Shown here: positions 9,780 to 19,418 of the stretch, one piece after another
Layout of the letters: each line of letters starts with the position of its first letter
How positions within the stretch are numbered: the stretch's first letter is position 1
Assembly: GCA_043803685.1 (NCBI GenBank)
Contig: JAZDJU010000072.1
Coordinates: 28,889-92,888, forward strand
DNA length: 64,000 bases
Direction of reading: 5' to 3'
DNA from: Candidatus Omnitrophota bacterium
Lineage (GTDB): Bacteria > Omnitrophota > Omnitrophia > Omnitrophales > Aquincolibacteriaceae
Program-made: the position numbers and the translations under genes
The notes under the pieces: model-generated
Seen by the model: the letters and a program-made list of their open reading frames with translations, nothing else
Told to the model about the DNA's origin: nothing
Database searches by the model: none

Positions 9780-11285
9780 ATGAAATCCAAGACTATTCTG
9801 GTGACGGGTGGGACGGGGTATGTCGGGGGTCGGTTGATCCCGCTTCTCCTCGAGAAAGGTTATCGCGTTCGCGCTGTTGCCCGCTCACTCCAAAAACTTC
9901 AAAGCCGTCCCTGGGCTAATTTCCCCAATGTCGAGCTCGTGGCCGCCGATCTTCTAGATCCTATGGCTCTTCGAAAAGCGGTGGCGGGCTGCGGGGTCGC
10001 CTATTATCTCGTTCACTCCATGTTATCCCGTCCCAAGATCTTTGAGCATGCGGACCGTCGGGCCGCGGCGAATATGGCGAGGGCTGCGGAAGAAGCGGGT
10101 CTTGAGCGGATCATCTATCTTGGGGGGCTCGGGGACGTGAGTTCGGACCTCAGTCATCATCTGAGGTCGCGCGCGGAAGTGGCGACGATCCTCCGGGCGG
10201 GGAAAGTCCCCGTGACGGTGCTCAGGGCCGCCATGATCATTGGTTCCGGCAGTACTTCTTTTGAGATCGTCCGTTATCTGGTGGACCGCTTGCCCGTGAT
10301 GGTGATCCCGAAATGGCTCGAGACCCCGTGTCAGCCGATCGCGATCCGTAATGTTCTGAATTATCTGACAAGCTGTCTCGAACGTCCGGAAACCAAGGGT
10401 GAGACCTACGACATTGGCGGGCCGGATGTTGTGAGTTACCGGAAGCTGATGGAACTTTACGCTGAAGAAGCCGGGCTTCCGAAACGCCGGCTTCTCGCGA
10501 TCCCGTTCCTTTCGACGCGCCTGAGCGCCTATTGGATCCACCTGGTGACGCCTATCCCGGGTCCGATGGCGCGCGCGCTGGCTGAAGGACTTCGTAATCC
10601 CGTAATCTGTCAGGATCTGCGGATCCTGAAAATTCTTCCACAGGAACTTTTAGATTGCCGTATGGCGATGAAACTTGCGTTGCAGAGAGTCGAAGAGGAC
10701 AGCGTCAAGACTCACTGGAGTGACGCGGGGAAGGTTCCACCCGCGGAAATGCTGTACCCAGGCGACCCTCAATGGGCGGGAGGAACCGTTTTTGAGGATG
10801 AGCGGAGCGTGAAAGTTCAGGCTAGTCCCGGACAAGTCTGGGATACGATCAAGATGATCGGCGGCACGACCGGCTGGTATCATGCTGACGGTCTCTGGAA
10901 GCTTCGGGGTTTTCTGGACCGGATGGTGGGCGGAGTGGGACTCCGGAGGGGACGGAGGAGCATCCAGGAGATCCGTTCCGGGGATGCGCTGGATTTCTGG
11001 CGCGTGGGTCATGTCATGGAAGGAAGCGAACTTTTCTTGATCGCGGAAATGAAACTACCAGGGGTCGCGACCTTGGAGTTCAAGATCGAGAAGGATATTG
11101 GGGATCCCGGCTGCTGTAAGCTTCAGCAGAGAGCCCGGTTCATTCCCAAGGGACTCTGGGGGATCCTTTACTGGTACGGGGTGTTGCCGTTGCATGCTTA
11201 TGTTTTCGGGGGTATGCTTCAGAAGATCGCTCGTGCCGCGGAAGCGAAGAAAGGGCCTGAAGATGTCGATCGTGAACGAGGATGA
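9780..11285 (+). CDS. SDR/NAD(P)-binding oxidoreductase with DUF2867 domain (YbjT-like)
   Basis: VTGGTGYVGGRL, YYLVHSM, RAAMIIGSGS, C-terminal DFWRV and AEMKLPG. Confidence 0.9.
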   Translation: MKSKTILVTGGTGYVGGRLIPLLLEKGYRVRAVARSLQKLQSRPWANFPNVELVAADLLDPMALRKAVAGCGVAYYLVHSMLSRPKIFEHADRRAAANMARAAEEAGLERIIYLGGLGDVSSDLSHHLRSRAEVATILRAGKVPVTVLRAAMIIGSGSTSFEIVRYLVDRLPVMVIPKWLETPCQPIAIRNVLNYLTSCLERPETKGETYDIGGPDVVSYRKLMELYAEEAGLPKRRLLAIPFLSTRLSAYWIHLVTPIPGPMARALAEGLRNPVICQDLRILKILPQELLDCRMAMKLALQRVEEDSVKTHWSDAGKVPPAEMLYPGDPQWAGGTVFEDERSVKVQASPGQVWDTIKMIGGTTGWYHADGLWKLRGFLDRMVGGVGLRRGRRSIQEIRSGDALDFWRVGHVMEGSELFLIAEMKLPGVATLEFKIEKDIGDPGCCKLQQRARFIPKGLWGILYWYGVLPLHAYVFGGMLQKIARAAEAKKGPEDVDRERG

Positions 11286-11511
11286 GGAACTTCCTGATTG
11301 GGAAGTGAAGGACGAGGAACCCCCTGAGCGGCTCCAAAAGAAATGGGAACAGGAAGAGACCGGAGGGCACCGGACGGTTCTTTGCCGGGCGTGTAAAAAG
11401 GAAACGTCTTCGGGGAATCTGACTTGTGTATTCTGTGGATCCGAGATCTTCGAAGAGAACGCGCTCGATCGTTTGCTGAACTCGATCAAACGTTTTTTCA
11501 GAAAGAGCTAA
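11263..11511 (+). CDS. Small zinc-ribbon protein
   Basis: CRAC...CVFCG; start overlaps the end of the upstream gene. Confidence 0.6.
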   Translation: MSIVNEDEELPDWEVKDEEPPERLQKKWEQEETGGHRTVLCRACKKETSSGNLTCVFCGSEIFEENALDRLLNSIKRFFRKS

Positions 11512-11515
11512 CGTT

Positions 11516-11827
11516 ATGAAATGTCCTTTTTGCGCCGAAGAGATCCAGGAAGAAGCCGTCAAGTGCCGGTTCTGTAAAGAATTCCTTGTCATGCGCCCGG
11601 AAACAGTACAGGTCCCTTGGTACGGAAAGCCCATGTTCCTGATCGCGAGTTTTTTGACGGTCGGGCCGTTCGCCCTGCCGTTCGTATGGTTCCATCCGAC
11701 GTATAGCCGGCGCACCAAGATCGTCGTGACCGTGATTGTGTTGATCCTCTCCTCCGTCCTTTTCTGGGCGGTTTTTCGCTCCGCAAAGACCGTTTACGAT
11801 TATTACAAACAAGTCGGTATTCTTTAA
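11516..11827 (+). CDS. Zinc-ribbon membrane protein
   Basis: CPFCAEEI..AVKCRFC followed by hydrophobic helices. Confidence 0.75.
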   Translation: MKCPFCAEEIQEEAVKCRFCKEFLVMRPETVQVPWYGKPMFLIASFLTVGPFALPFVWFHPTYSRRTKIVVTVIVLILSSVLFWAVFRSAKTVYDYYKQVGIL

Positions 11828-11879
11828 TTTCTCCAGGGCCCGTCGCGCCTTTTGCCCTCAGATCCCAAAGGTATTGAAG

Positions 11880-11907
11880 TTGCGGCCCCGTCGTTTCCGA
11901 ATATAAT
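11880..11907 (+). promoter_or_regulatory. Putative sigma70 promoter (second copy at 12685-12712)
   Basis: TTGCGG-N16-TATAAT upstream of each of the two paralogous repeat genes. Confidence 0.55.
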
Positions 11908-11950
11908 GTCTGGCATCTTCGGGGACTTGCCAAGAAAAGGACACGGAACC

Positions 11951-12559
11951 ATGCGTAAAATCATTTTTGCATTCTTTCTGGCGTGCATTTTTTTCGGGGG
12001 GCACGTGACTCTGGCCCATGCTTCGGATTGTTCGAAAGAAACTCTGACGGACAAATGGGGGGACCGGATCCATACGATTTTGAAAAGGGGGGAAGAAAAA
12101 AAGAAGATCCTCGCGAAGCGGAAGGCGGATCGCGCGCTCGCTTGCGCGAAGAGGAAGGCCGAGAAAGCTGACGAGAGTCTGCAGGACTCCTTAGACTGTT
12201 CGAAAGAGACCCGGAAGGAAAAATGGGGGGACCGGATCCATACGATTTTGAAAAGGGGGGAAGAAAAAAAGAAGATCCTCGCGAAGCGGAAGGCGGATCG
12301 TGTGCTCGCTTGCGAGAAACGGAAGGCTGAGCAAGCCGCCGGGAATCTTTGGGACTCCTTAGACTGTTCGGAAGAAAATCTAAGGGATCAATGGCCGGAT
12401 TGGGTCGTGACCCTCGGAAAAAGTGGAGCGGAAAAAGATAAAATTCTCGCGGAATGGAAAGCGGATCCTAGGCTCGCCTGCGCGAAGTTGAAGGCCGAGA
12501 AAGCTGCGGAGGAAGCGCGTAAGTCCTCGGAAAAACTACAAAAGGAGTTGGAGCTTTAA
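11951..12559 (+). CDS. Secreted protein with three 56-aa Cys-pair helical repeats
   Basis: Signal peptide; DCS.E..D.W.D...KILA.RKADR.LAC repeated at a 168-nt period (12026, 12194, 12362). Confidence 0.8.
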   Translation: MRKIIFAFFLACIFFGGHVTLAHASDCSKETLTDKWGDRIHTILKRGEEKKKILAKRKADRALACAKRKAEKADESLQDSLDCSKETRKEKWGDRIHTILKRGEEKKKILAKRKADRVLACEKRKAEQAAGNLWDSLDCSEENLRDQWPDWVVTLGKSGAEKDKILAEWKADPRLACAKLKAEKAAEEARKSSEKLQKELEL

Positions 12560-12761
12560 TCTTTCCTGCTTTGAGCCTGGGGTTAGACTATGCAAGAGAT
12601 CGAGCGGGAAGCCGAAAAAGCCGCTAAGGAAGCGCCGAAGGGATGCGTCCTTTGTTTCGCCTTTCCAACGCAAGGGTATTCAGGTTGCGGAAGCTCTATT
12701 TCCGATTATAATGCCCCTGTGTTTTTTAAACCTGGATCATTGGACAAAAGGAGACAAGGCC

Positions 12762-13034
12762 ATGCGTAAATTCATGACAGCGTTTTTTGTTTTAACACTC
12801 ATGTTCGCAAGTACTTCCACGGTTGTTTTCGCGGCGGATTGTTCCAAGGATACGCCGATTGACCAGGTCGGGGATTGGGTCGCGACCCTCGGGAAGAAAG
12901 ACATGGAAAAAGACCAGATCCTGGTGAGGCGCAAGGCGGATCGCGTGCTCGCCTGCACCAAGCGGGAAGCCGAAAAAGCCGCCAAGGAAGTGCAAAAGTC
13001 CGCGAATGATATGAAAAAGAAAATGGGGTTTTGA
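12762..13034 (+). CDS. Secreted single-module paralog of the 11951 gene
   Basis: RBS AAGGAG; signal peptide; DCSKDTPIDQVGDWVATLGK..EKDQIL.RRKADRVLAC. Confidence 0.8.
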   Translation: MRKFMTAFFVLTLMFASTSTVVFAADCSKDTPIDQVGDWVATLGKKDMEKDQILVRRKADRVLACTKREAEKAAKEVQKSANDMKKKMGF

Positions 13035-13070
13035 TCCTGAAGCAGCGGATACTTTGCGGTCAGAATATGG

Positions 13071-13105
13071 AACGGCCCGGTCCAAAAGATCGGGCCGTTT
13101 TTTTT
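13071..13105 (+). terminator. Rho-independent terminator
   Basis: AACGGCCCGGTC / GATCGGGCCGTT hairpin followed by a T-run. Confidence 0.8.
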
Positions 13106-13134
13106 GGAACTTTTTCTCCGATAAGGCGGTCTAA
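13106..13134 (+). promoter_or_regulatory. ECF (RpoE-like) promoter upstream of the sigma gene
   Basis: GGAACTT-N16-GTCTAA. Confidence 0.75.
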
Positions 13135-13160
13135 GCCGTCGGAGCCTGGAGTTTGAGACT

Positions 13161-13724
13161 ATGCAAGAGATCGAGCGGGAAGTGATCGTTAGAGCGGGAG
13201 AGGGGGACATGATGGCCTTTCGGGAGATCTATCAAAAAACTTCCGGATATGTCTACACCCTGGCGTACCGGGTCGTGAACGCGAAGCCGGACGCTGAAGA
13301 GGTGACCCAGGACGTGTTCCTTAAGGTTCACCGCCATCTCCGTGCCTTCAAGTTCGAATCCTCGTTCAAGACCTGGCTTTACCGGATCGCTGTGAATACC
13401 GCGATCAACCACGCGAAGAAAAGAAGCCGTGTGACGAACCGCGAAGTGGAAGAAGTATTGGACGATCCTGCGATCGCGTCCCAGCCCGAGGCGGGGAAGC
13501 GCCTCGAGGTGGAAGATGCCGGGAGACGATTGAACCTCCTGCTGGAACAGTTGAATCCGGATCAGCGGGCCTGTATTCTCTCCCGCGAGATCGAAGGCAT
13601 GGATTATCAGGAGATCGCGGACAGTCTTGGGATCAATATCAATACCGTTCGTTCGAGACTTAAGAGAGCCCGTGAAACCTTGATGGCGATCGGGCGAAGG
13701 GAGGTAGCGAGCCATGGAATGTAA
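13161..13724 (+). CDS. ECF sigma-70 family RNA polymerase sigma factor
   Basis: DAEEVTQDVFLK, FKTWLYRIAVN, EIADSLGININTVRSRLKRARE. Confidence 0.95.
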   Translation: MQEIEREVIVRAGEGDMMAFREIYQKTSGYVYTLAYRVVNAKPDAEEVTQDVFLKVHRHLRAFKFESSFKTWLYRIAVNTAINHAKKRSRVTNREVEEVLDDPAIASQPEAGKRLEVEDAGRRLNLLLEQLNPDQRACILSREIEGMDYQEIADSLGININTVRSRLKRARETLMAIGRREVASHGM

Positions 13725-14214
13725 AAAGATACAAGACCGACTGATGACCGACTATGTGGATCAGGCGCTTGATCCCGCGGAAAGCGCCGGTATCGAACGT
13801 CATTTGACCTCGTGTCCCCATTGCCGGGAATTTTTGGAAGGGGTCCGGCAGACTGCGGTGATGCCTTTTAAGGAGGCCGAGGAAATGAAGCCGGAGGATG
13901 CTGTTTGGGTGAAGATCCAGGAGAGGATCGAGGCGGAGCGCAGGCATTCCTGGGATTGGTTCGGAGGGTTGGCGGAGTCCCTGGCGCCTTTTTTCAGGAT
14001 CTCAGCGCCCATTTTCCGGGCGGCTTTCGTCACAGCCATGATCCTTGTGATCGTGATAGTCGCGAAATGGCCATCCAGTTACGCGGATCCGGTCTATGGC
14101 TATATTTCCGAACAGATGACTTTTATGAACGGGCTCCAGACAGGGAATACGGAGCTTTTGAACGGGGATCTCAAAGACGACGAATTGGTTTTTGAAGAAA
14201 TGACGGCCGGGTAA
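13714..14214 (+). CDS. Anti-sigma factor (zf-HC2) with TM helix
   Basis: C...HLTSCPHC motif; one TM segment; overlaps the sigma gene. Confidence 0.9.
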   Translation: MECKKIQDRLMTDYVDQALDPAESAGIERHLTSCPHCREFLEGVRQTAVMPFKEAEEMKPEDAVWVKIQERIEAERRHSWDWFGGLAESLAPFFRISAPIFRAAFVTAMILVIVIVAKWPSSYADPVYGYISEQMTFMNGLQTGNTELLNGDLKDDELVFEEMTAG

Positions 14215-14215
14215 C

Positions 14216-14244
14216 GGAACTTTTCCGGGATGCGGTTTGTCTTA
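14216..14244 (+). promoter_or_regulatory. Second ECF promoter, upstream of the Spy/CpxP gene
   Basis: GGAACTT-N16-GTCTTA, same spacing as the 13106 copy. Confidence 0.75.
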
Positions 14245-14270
14245 TGGAACAGAAAAGGGAGGGTTTCAAA

Positions 14271-14807
14271 ATGGAAAACAAAATGAAAAAGGTCGTGGCA
14301 GTTTTGATGGTGGTAGGGTTGATGGCCGTGGGGCCTGTCGCCTACGCTGCAACGGAGGCAAATAGCTCGGAAGGTGGCAAGGGGGGCAAGCAGGGGAAAG
14401 GCCCGAAGTTCGAAGAGATGATGAAAGATCTCAAGCTGACCCCGGAACAGAAGGAAAAACTCAAGGCCCAACGCGAGGCCCAGAAGGAAAGCAATAAGGC
14501 GGCGCGTGAGCAGATGAAGACAAAAATGGAGGCGCTCCATGCCGCGATCGAGAAGCCAGGCGCGACGCGCGCGGATGTGGCAGGGCTCGTGGGCGAGGTG
14601 AACGCTCTCAAGGCGCAGATGTTCGCGCAAAGGATCGATGGCGTCTTCGCGATGAAAGAGATCCTTACGCCCGAACAATTCGCCAAGATGGAAGCGAAGC
14701 GCAAGGAGCACATGGGTAAGATGCGCAAGCATTGGGGCAACAAGGAGTCCAAGGGGTCCGAGGGATCTCAGGAATTACAGGAACCCCCGGAACCGCCGCA
14801 GGATTAA
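14271..14807 (+). CDS. Spy/CpxP-family periplasmic chaperone
   Basis: Signal peptide; two LTPEQ motifs; helical, charged sequence. Confidence 0.88.
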   Translation: MENKMKKVVAVLMVVGLMAVGPVAYAATEANSSEGGKGGKQGKGPKFEEMMKDLKLTPEQKEKLKAQREAQKESNKAAREQMKTKMEALHAAIEKPGATRADVAGLVGEVNALKAQMFAQRIDGVFAMKEILTPEQFAKMEAKRKEHMGKMRKHWGNKESKGSEGSQELQEPPEPPQD

Positions 14808-14831
14808 ATCTCAGACCGGTATGGGGATGAG

Positions 14832-14870
14832 CGCCGGGCTTTCCCTTAGGGGGAGGCCCGGCGTTCTTTT
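14832..14870 (+). terminator. Rho-independent terminator
   Basis: CGCCGGGCTTTCCC / GGGAGGCCCGGCG hairpin followed by TTCTTTT. Confidence 0.7.
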
Positions 14871-14961
14871 ATTAAGCCATAACGCCTCCTTTTCATATGA
14901 GGCGTTTTTTGTTATCATACCCGCCCTATCCCAACTGTAAAATTCTTTACATAAATGGTAG

Positions 14962-15058
14962 TTGGGACAGCCCTGATTATTATTTTCTTTTCTTGAATGG
15001 TAACCAGGGCAGCCCCAATCGCAGCTTTGCTTCGATTGATCAGAATTGGGACTGCCCT
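14962..15058. repeat. Three alternating REP-like 13-mers
   Basis: TTGGGACAGCCCT (14962), AGGGCAGCCCCAA (15006, inverted), TTGGGACTGCCCT (15046). Confidence 0.55.
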
Positions 15059-15095
15059 AATTTCCGTTTTGCGGAAATTAATATGAATTAGGACT

Positions 15096-15878
15096 ATGGA
15101 AACCTTATCCTTAAGACAGAACAACATCCTTCGGGGTGTGATCGAGACGCATATTGAGACCACGCAACCGGTGGGTTCCCGGCTGATCGCCGAACGATAT
15201 GCGATCTCCTTTTCGCCGGCGACGATCCGCCATGAGATGGGCTCTCTGGAAGAAATGGGTTATCTCACGCATCCCCATACCTCGTCAGGCCGTTTACCGA
15301 CGGATCATGGTTACCGTTATTATCTGGATCACACTTCGTTCGAAACCACGGTTTCCGAACCCTTAGTCCGTTTGGGAGAGGAGCTTGTTCCCTCCGACGG
15401 GGGCGACAAGCTTGAGGAGTTCCTGGACCATATCTCTCTTTTGCTTTCCTCGCTCTCTCAGGAGATCGGACTGGTTCTGATGCCTTCGACGGAGAGTTTG
15501 GAGATCGAAAGTCCGGGACGCATCAAGCTTTCTTTGCAGGGATTGTCCCGCATGCTTGAAAAACCGGAATTCCAGGACGTCCGGAAGGTCCGGAATCTCC
15601 TGGCCGTCATTGAGGAAAAAGTGGCGTTGATGCAATGGGTCCTGACTCACGCGGACCTGGGGCGCGTGTCCGTTTCTGTGGGCCGCGAGCATTCGCACGA
15701 AGCGCTCGAAGATTGCGCGATCGTGACAGCCCGCTACGGCGCGGGAAAGAACCGTCAGGGCGTCATCGCGGTCCTGGGCCCCCGGCGTATGGCCTACCGG
15801 CAGGTCATTCCTTTGATCTCTCGTATGGCCGCAACCATAAGTGATATTCTTGAACAAAGGGAGTTTGAAGCATCATGA
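15096..15878 (+). CDS. hrcA: Heat-inducible transcription repressor, short form
   Basis: PVGSR, SPATIRHEM, GYLTHPHTSSGRLPT, VLGPRRMAY; lies upstream of grpE. Confidence 0.93.
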   Translation: METLSLRQNNILRGVIETHIETTQPVGSRLIAERYAISFSPATIRHEMGSLEEMGYLTHPHTSSGRLPTDHGYRYYLDHTSFETTVSEPLVRLGEELVPSDGGDKLEEFLDHISLLLSSLSQEIGLVLMPSTESLEIESPGRIKLSLQGLSRMLEKPEFQDVRKVRNLLAVIEEKVALMQWVLTHADLGRVSVSVGREHSHEALEDCAIVTARYGAGKNRQGVIAVLGPRRMAYRQVIPLISRMAATISDILEQREFEAS

Positions 15879-16525
15879 GCCATCATCACAAGAAGGACCA
15901 TCCTAAAAAGCAGGACGACGGGCAGCCGGTCGAGGGGGGCGCAACCGCTTCCTCAGCCCAAGACGGTGAAAAGATCGAAGTTCCGGCCGCGGAGCACGAG
16001 GCCCTCAAGAAGAAGGTTGAGGAGCTCGAAGGATTGCGTCAGAAATTCCTGATGGCGGCGGCGGATTATGAAAATGCCAAGAAACGGAACGCCAAGGACA
16101 AAGAAGATTTCATCAAGTTCAGCCAGGAGCGGATCTTGAGGGATCTTTTGCCGGTCGTGGATAATTTTGAACGCGCGGTGGGCCACGCGAACACGGCTTC
16201 CGTGAACGCTTCCGACGAAGACGCTCTGCGGCAGAACCTGAAAACGCTCATCTCCGGTGTGGAACGCGTGCAGAAACAGTTAAACGACATTCTCAAGATG
16301 CACGGGCTCAAGCGGATCGAGACGGCGGACCAGGTGTTCAATCCGCATTTCCACGAAGTCGTCGCGCACGTGCCCGAGGAAGGCAAGGAAGACCAGATCG
16401 TCGACGAACTCGAACCCGGTTTCATGCTGCATGACCGTCTTCTCAGAGCCGCGAAGGTCCGTGTCCGCGTGTCACCCCAACAAAAAACGTCCTCTTCCGA
16501 AGAGAAAGAGGACGAAATTACTTAA
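15875..16525 (+). CDS. grpE: Nucleotide exchange factor GrpE
   Basis: AADYENAKKR, LLPVVDNFERA, FNPHFHE, GFMLHDRLLRAAKV. Confidence 0.95.
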   Translation: MSHHHKKDHPKKQDDGQPVEGGATASSAQDGEKIEVPAAEHEALKKKVEELEGLRQKFLMAAADYENAKKRNAKDKEDFIKFSQERILRDLLPVVDNFERAVGHANTASVNASDEDALRQNLKTLISGVERVQKQLNDILKMHGLKRIETADQVFNPHFHEVVAHVPEEGKEDQIVDELEPGFMLHDRLLRAAKVRVRVSPQQKTSSSEEKEDEIT

Positions 16526-16621
16526 AAAGGCCGAGCCACGTTCCACGCGCGACGCTCCACGAAGAGTTTTCTACATTTACGTGGCACGTGGCCCGTTCGT
16601 TCGTGGCACGGGATTTAATTC

Positions 16622-17719
16622 ATGGCCAAACGCGATTATTATGAAGTGTTGAGTGTGACCCGGACTGCGGACGGGGAGACGATCAAGAAGAGTTACCGCA
16701 AACTCGCCCTTCAGTACCATCCCGACCGCAATCCCGGGGACAAGGCGTCGGAGGAAAAATTCAAGGAGGCCGCGGAGGCTTACGCCGTCTTGAGCGACTC
16801 GGACAAGCGGGCCCGTTACGACCAGTTCGGGCACAATATGGGTGGCGCGGGATTTTCCGGCTTCGAAGGTTTTCAGGACGCGTTCGGCGGGTTCAACGAT
16901 ATTTTTGGCGATCTTTTCGAGGATTTCTTTGGCGGCAGCGGGGGCGGCGGGAGACGGCGTGGCCGGGGCCAGCGGGGATCTGACCTGGAATACACGGTGG
17001 AGCTCGAGCTCACCGAGGTGCTCACCGGCAAGACCTTTGACCTTGAGATCCCGCGCAAGGAAACTTGCGGTGAGTGCCAGGGCACAGGCGCCGAAAAAGG
17101 TTCCCAGAAGAAAACCTGCACGGATTGCGGGGGGCGTGGAGAAGTTCGCGTCTCCCAGGGGTTTTTCACGCTTCGCAGGACTTGTCCCCGGTGCCGTGGC
17201 GCGGGAGAGGCGATCGAGAAGCCCTGCCCGAGTTGTCACGGAGAGGGACGCGCGCGCAAGACCCGGAAACTTCAGGTGAAAATTCCAGCCGGGATCGAGC
17301 ACGGTTCGCGGCTTCGCGTGACCGGAGAAGGCGAGGCCGGACAAGGCGGCGCATCACGCGGCGATCTGTACATTCAGGTGCTTGTCAAAAAGAACAAGAC
17401 CTTCGAGCGGCAGGGGAACGACATTTATTGCGAAGTTCTGATCCCTTACACGGTGGCGGTGCTGGGCGGCGAAGTGGAAGTGCCGACGCTTACGGGAAAA
17501 ACGGCTCTTGAGATCGCGGCGGGCACTCCGTCGGCGAAGGTCCTCAAGATCAAGGGCGAGGGCGTTCCGGCTTTCGGGATGGAAGGACGGCGCGGGGACG
17601 AGTACGTGAAGGTCGATATCGAGGTCCCGGTGAAATTGAGCAAGCAGGAACGCGAGCTCCTGGAAAAGTTCGCGGCTGAGCGCAAAGAGAAGGTTCAGAC
17701 GAAGAAGAGTTTCTTTTAA
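16622..17719 (+). CDS. dnaJ: Chaperone DnaJ
   Basis: J-domain HPD; G/F-rich region; four CxxCxGxG repeats. Confidence 0.97.
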   Translation: MAKRDYYEVLSVTRTADGETIKKSYRKLALQYHPDRNPGDKASEEKFKEAAEAYAVLSDSDKRARYDQFGHNMGGAGFSGFEGFQDAFGGFNDIFGDLFEDFFGGSGGGGRRRGRGQRGSDLEYTVELELTEVLTGKTFDLEIPRKETCGECQGTGAEKGSQKKTCTDCGGRGEVRVSQGFFTLRRTCPRCRGAGEAIEKPCPSCHGEGRARKTRKLQVKIPAGIEHGSRLRVTGEGEAGQGGASRGDLYIQVLVKKNKTFERQGNDIYCEVLIPYTVAVLGGEVEVPTLTGKTALEIAAGTPSAKVLKIKGEGVPAFGMEGRRGDEYVKVDIEVPVKLSKQERELLEKFAAERKEKVQTKKSFF

Positions 17720-17796
17720 AGAACGGGAAACGGCAAGCGTGGAACGGTGAACGGTTTCGTTTCCCGTCGGACGTTCCACGCTCCCCGAGGAGAAAT

Positions 17797-18228
17797 ATGG
17801 AATATTTCGATTACCGTTACCGGGTGCTTTACGCGGACACGGATCAGATGGGGATCACCTACTACGCGAACTATCTGAAATGGTTCGAGGCCGCGCGCAC
17901 GGAGTATTTCCGGGCGCTGGGGTTTCCCTACACCGAGTGCGAAAAAAAAGGGATCTACCTGCCGGTCGCGGAGGCGCACGCGAATTATCTCGCGCCCTCG
18001 ACCTACGACGACGATATTACGGTGCGCACAAGCGTGGTCGAGGTCGGTAACAGCACGATCCGATTTGAGTACCAGGTGATGAACGCGAAAACCCACATCG
18101 TGCTCGCGACGGGGCACACCGTCCACGTGTTCGTGAATAAGGCGATGAAGCCGTGTCGTGTGCCCGAAGAGATCAAACAAGTGGTCAAGGAGCACGCGCT
18201 TCTCAAGAAACGCTGCCGCTGTAAGTAA
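17797..18228 (+). CDS. Acyl-CoA thioesterase (YbgC/4HBT family)
   Basis: RVLYADTDQMGITYYANYLKWFEAAR. Confidence 0.9.
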   Translation: MEYFDYRYRVLYADTDQMGITYYANYLKWFEAARTEYFRALGFPYTECEKKGIYLPVAEAHANYLAPSTYDDDITVRTSVVEVGNSTIRFEYQVMNAKTHIVLATGHTVHVFVNKAMKPCRVPEEIKQVVKEHALLKKRCRCK

Positions 18229-18349
18229 GTACTGAGTTCTGGGTACGGAGTTCGGAGTGAAAAATTTTTTGGCTTTAACCTCATCCGCGTGGCCCGTGGC
18301 CCGTGGCCCGTGGCTCGTGGCGCGTGGAACGATGATAGAAAGGGTTAAG

Positions 18350-19402
18350 ATGACGAAGAAGATCAAAGTGACAGTGCTCGGGGACGGTGGATGGGGAACG
18401 GCCCTTGCGCTCGTGAACCATCGTCGCGGGAATGACGTGATGATCTGGTCCGCTTTTGAGGACTACGCCGCAGTGCTCCGGAAAAAACGCGAAAATGTTA
18501 AATTTCTGCCGGGCGTGAAACTGCCCAAAGATCTTCGCGTCACCTCCGACCTCAACGAAGCGGTCGATTTCGGGGACGTGCTAGTCCTTGCCATTCCTTC
18601 GCAGTATCTGCGCAGTGTCATTTCCAGGATCAAAGGGCTTTCATTTAAGGGCAAGATCCTCGTGAGTACTGCCAAAGGGATCGAAAAGAAGACCTGCCTG
18701 AGGCCTTCTGAGATCATCCGTTCGGTTCTGGGCAAGAAACTTCCGCTCGTGGTGTTATCAGGGCCTTCGCACGCAGAAGAAGTGGCGCGCAGGATCCCGA
18801 CCCTGACCGTGGCGGCTTCAGAGAACCCGAAACATGCCCAGTACGTTCAGGAATATTTTCGCGATCCCCAGTTCCGGATCTACGTCCAGAAGGATCTGGT
18901 GGGGGTCGAGTTCGGCGGCGCGCTCAAGAACGTGATCGCGATCGCGGCCGGTGTTTGTGACGGCCTGAAGTTCGGGGACAACACCAAGTCGGGTCTCATC
19001 ACGCGCGGACTTTACGAGATCGTGCGACTCGGCGTGAAACACGGCGCGAACCCCAACACCTTCTTCGGTCTTTCCGGGATCGGCGACCTCATCACGACCT
19101 GTTTTTCCAAGCACGGCCGCAATCTTCATGTGGGCCGCGAGCTTGGCAAGGGTCGCAAGATAAAAAAGATCCTCGGGGAAATGGCCATGGTCGCCGAGGG
19201 CGTGGACACGGCTTTGAGCGTCCACCAGCTTTGTGAGCGGGAAGACCTCCAGTTGCCGATCATGGGCGAGGTCTATCAGATGCTCTTCAAGGACAAGGAC
19301 CCCGGCAAGGTGGTGGAGTCGCTTCTTTCGCGCACGCCTTATGAGGAATGGAAAGCCTTCGACCTTAGCTCGTTCCGCGGGAAGATTGTGCGGAAAAAAT
19401 AA
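18350..19402 (+). CDS. gpsA: NAD(P)H-dependent glycerol-3-phosphate dehydrogenase
   Basis: GDGGWGTALA, KGIE, SGPSHAEEV, GGALKNVIAIAAG, GIGDLITTC. Confidence 0.96.
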   Translation: MTKKIKVTVLGDGGWGTALALVNHRRGNDVMIWSAFEDYAAVLRKKRENVKFLPGVKLPKDLRVTSDLNEAVDFGDVLVLAIPSQYLRSVISRIKGLSFKGKILVSTAKGIEKKTCLRPSEIIRSVLGKKLPLVVLSGPSHAEEVARRIPTLTVAASENPKHAQYVQEYFRDPQFRIYVQKDLVGVEFGGALKNVIAIAAGVCDGLKFGDNTKSGLITRGLYEIVRLGVKHGANPNTFFGLSGIGDLITTCFSKHGRNLHVGRELGKGRKIKKILGEMAMVAEGVDTALSVHQLCEREDLQLPIMGEVYQMLFKDKDPGKVVESLLSRTPYEEWKAFDLSSFRGKIVRKK

Positions 19403-19418
19403 TCTCTTTTCTGGACAC

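Noticed and set aside
13350..13366. tRNA T-loop-like GTTCGAATCC
   Set aside because: It lies in the sigma-factor CDS with no cloverleaf around it.
18257..18349. N-terminal extension of gpsA
   Set aside because: It translates the intergenic heptamer array; GpsA-like sequence begins at ATG 18350.
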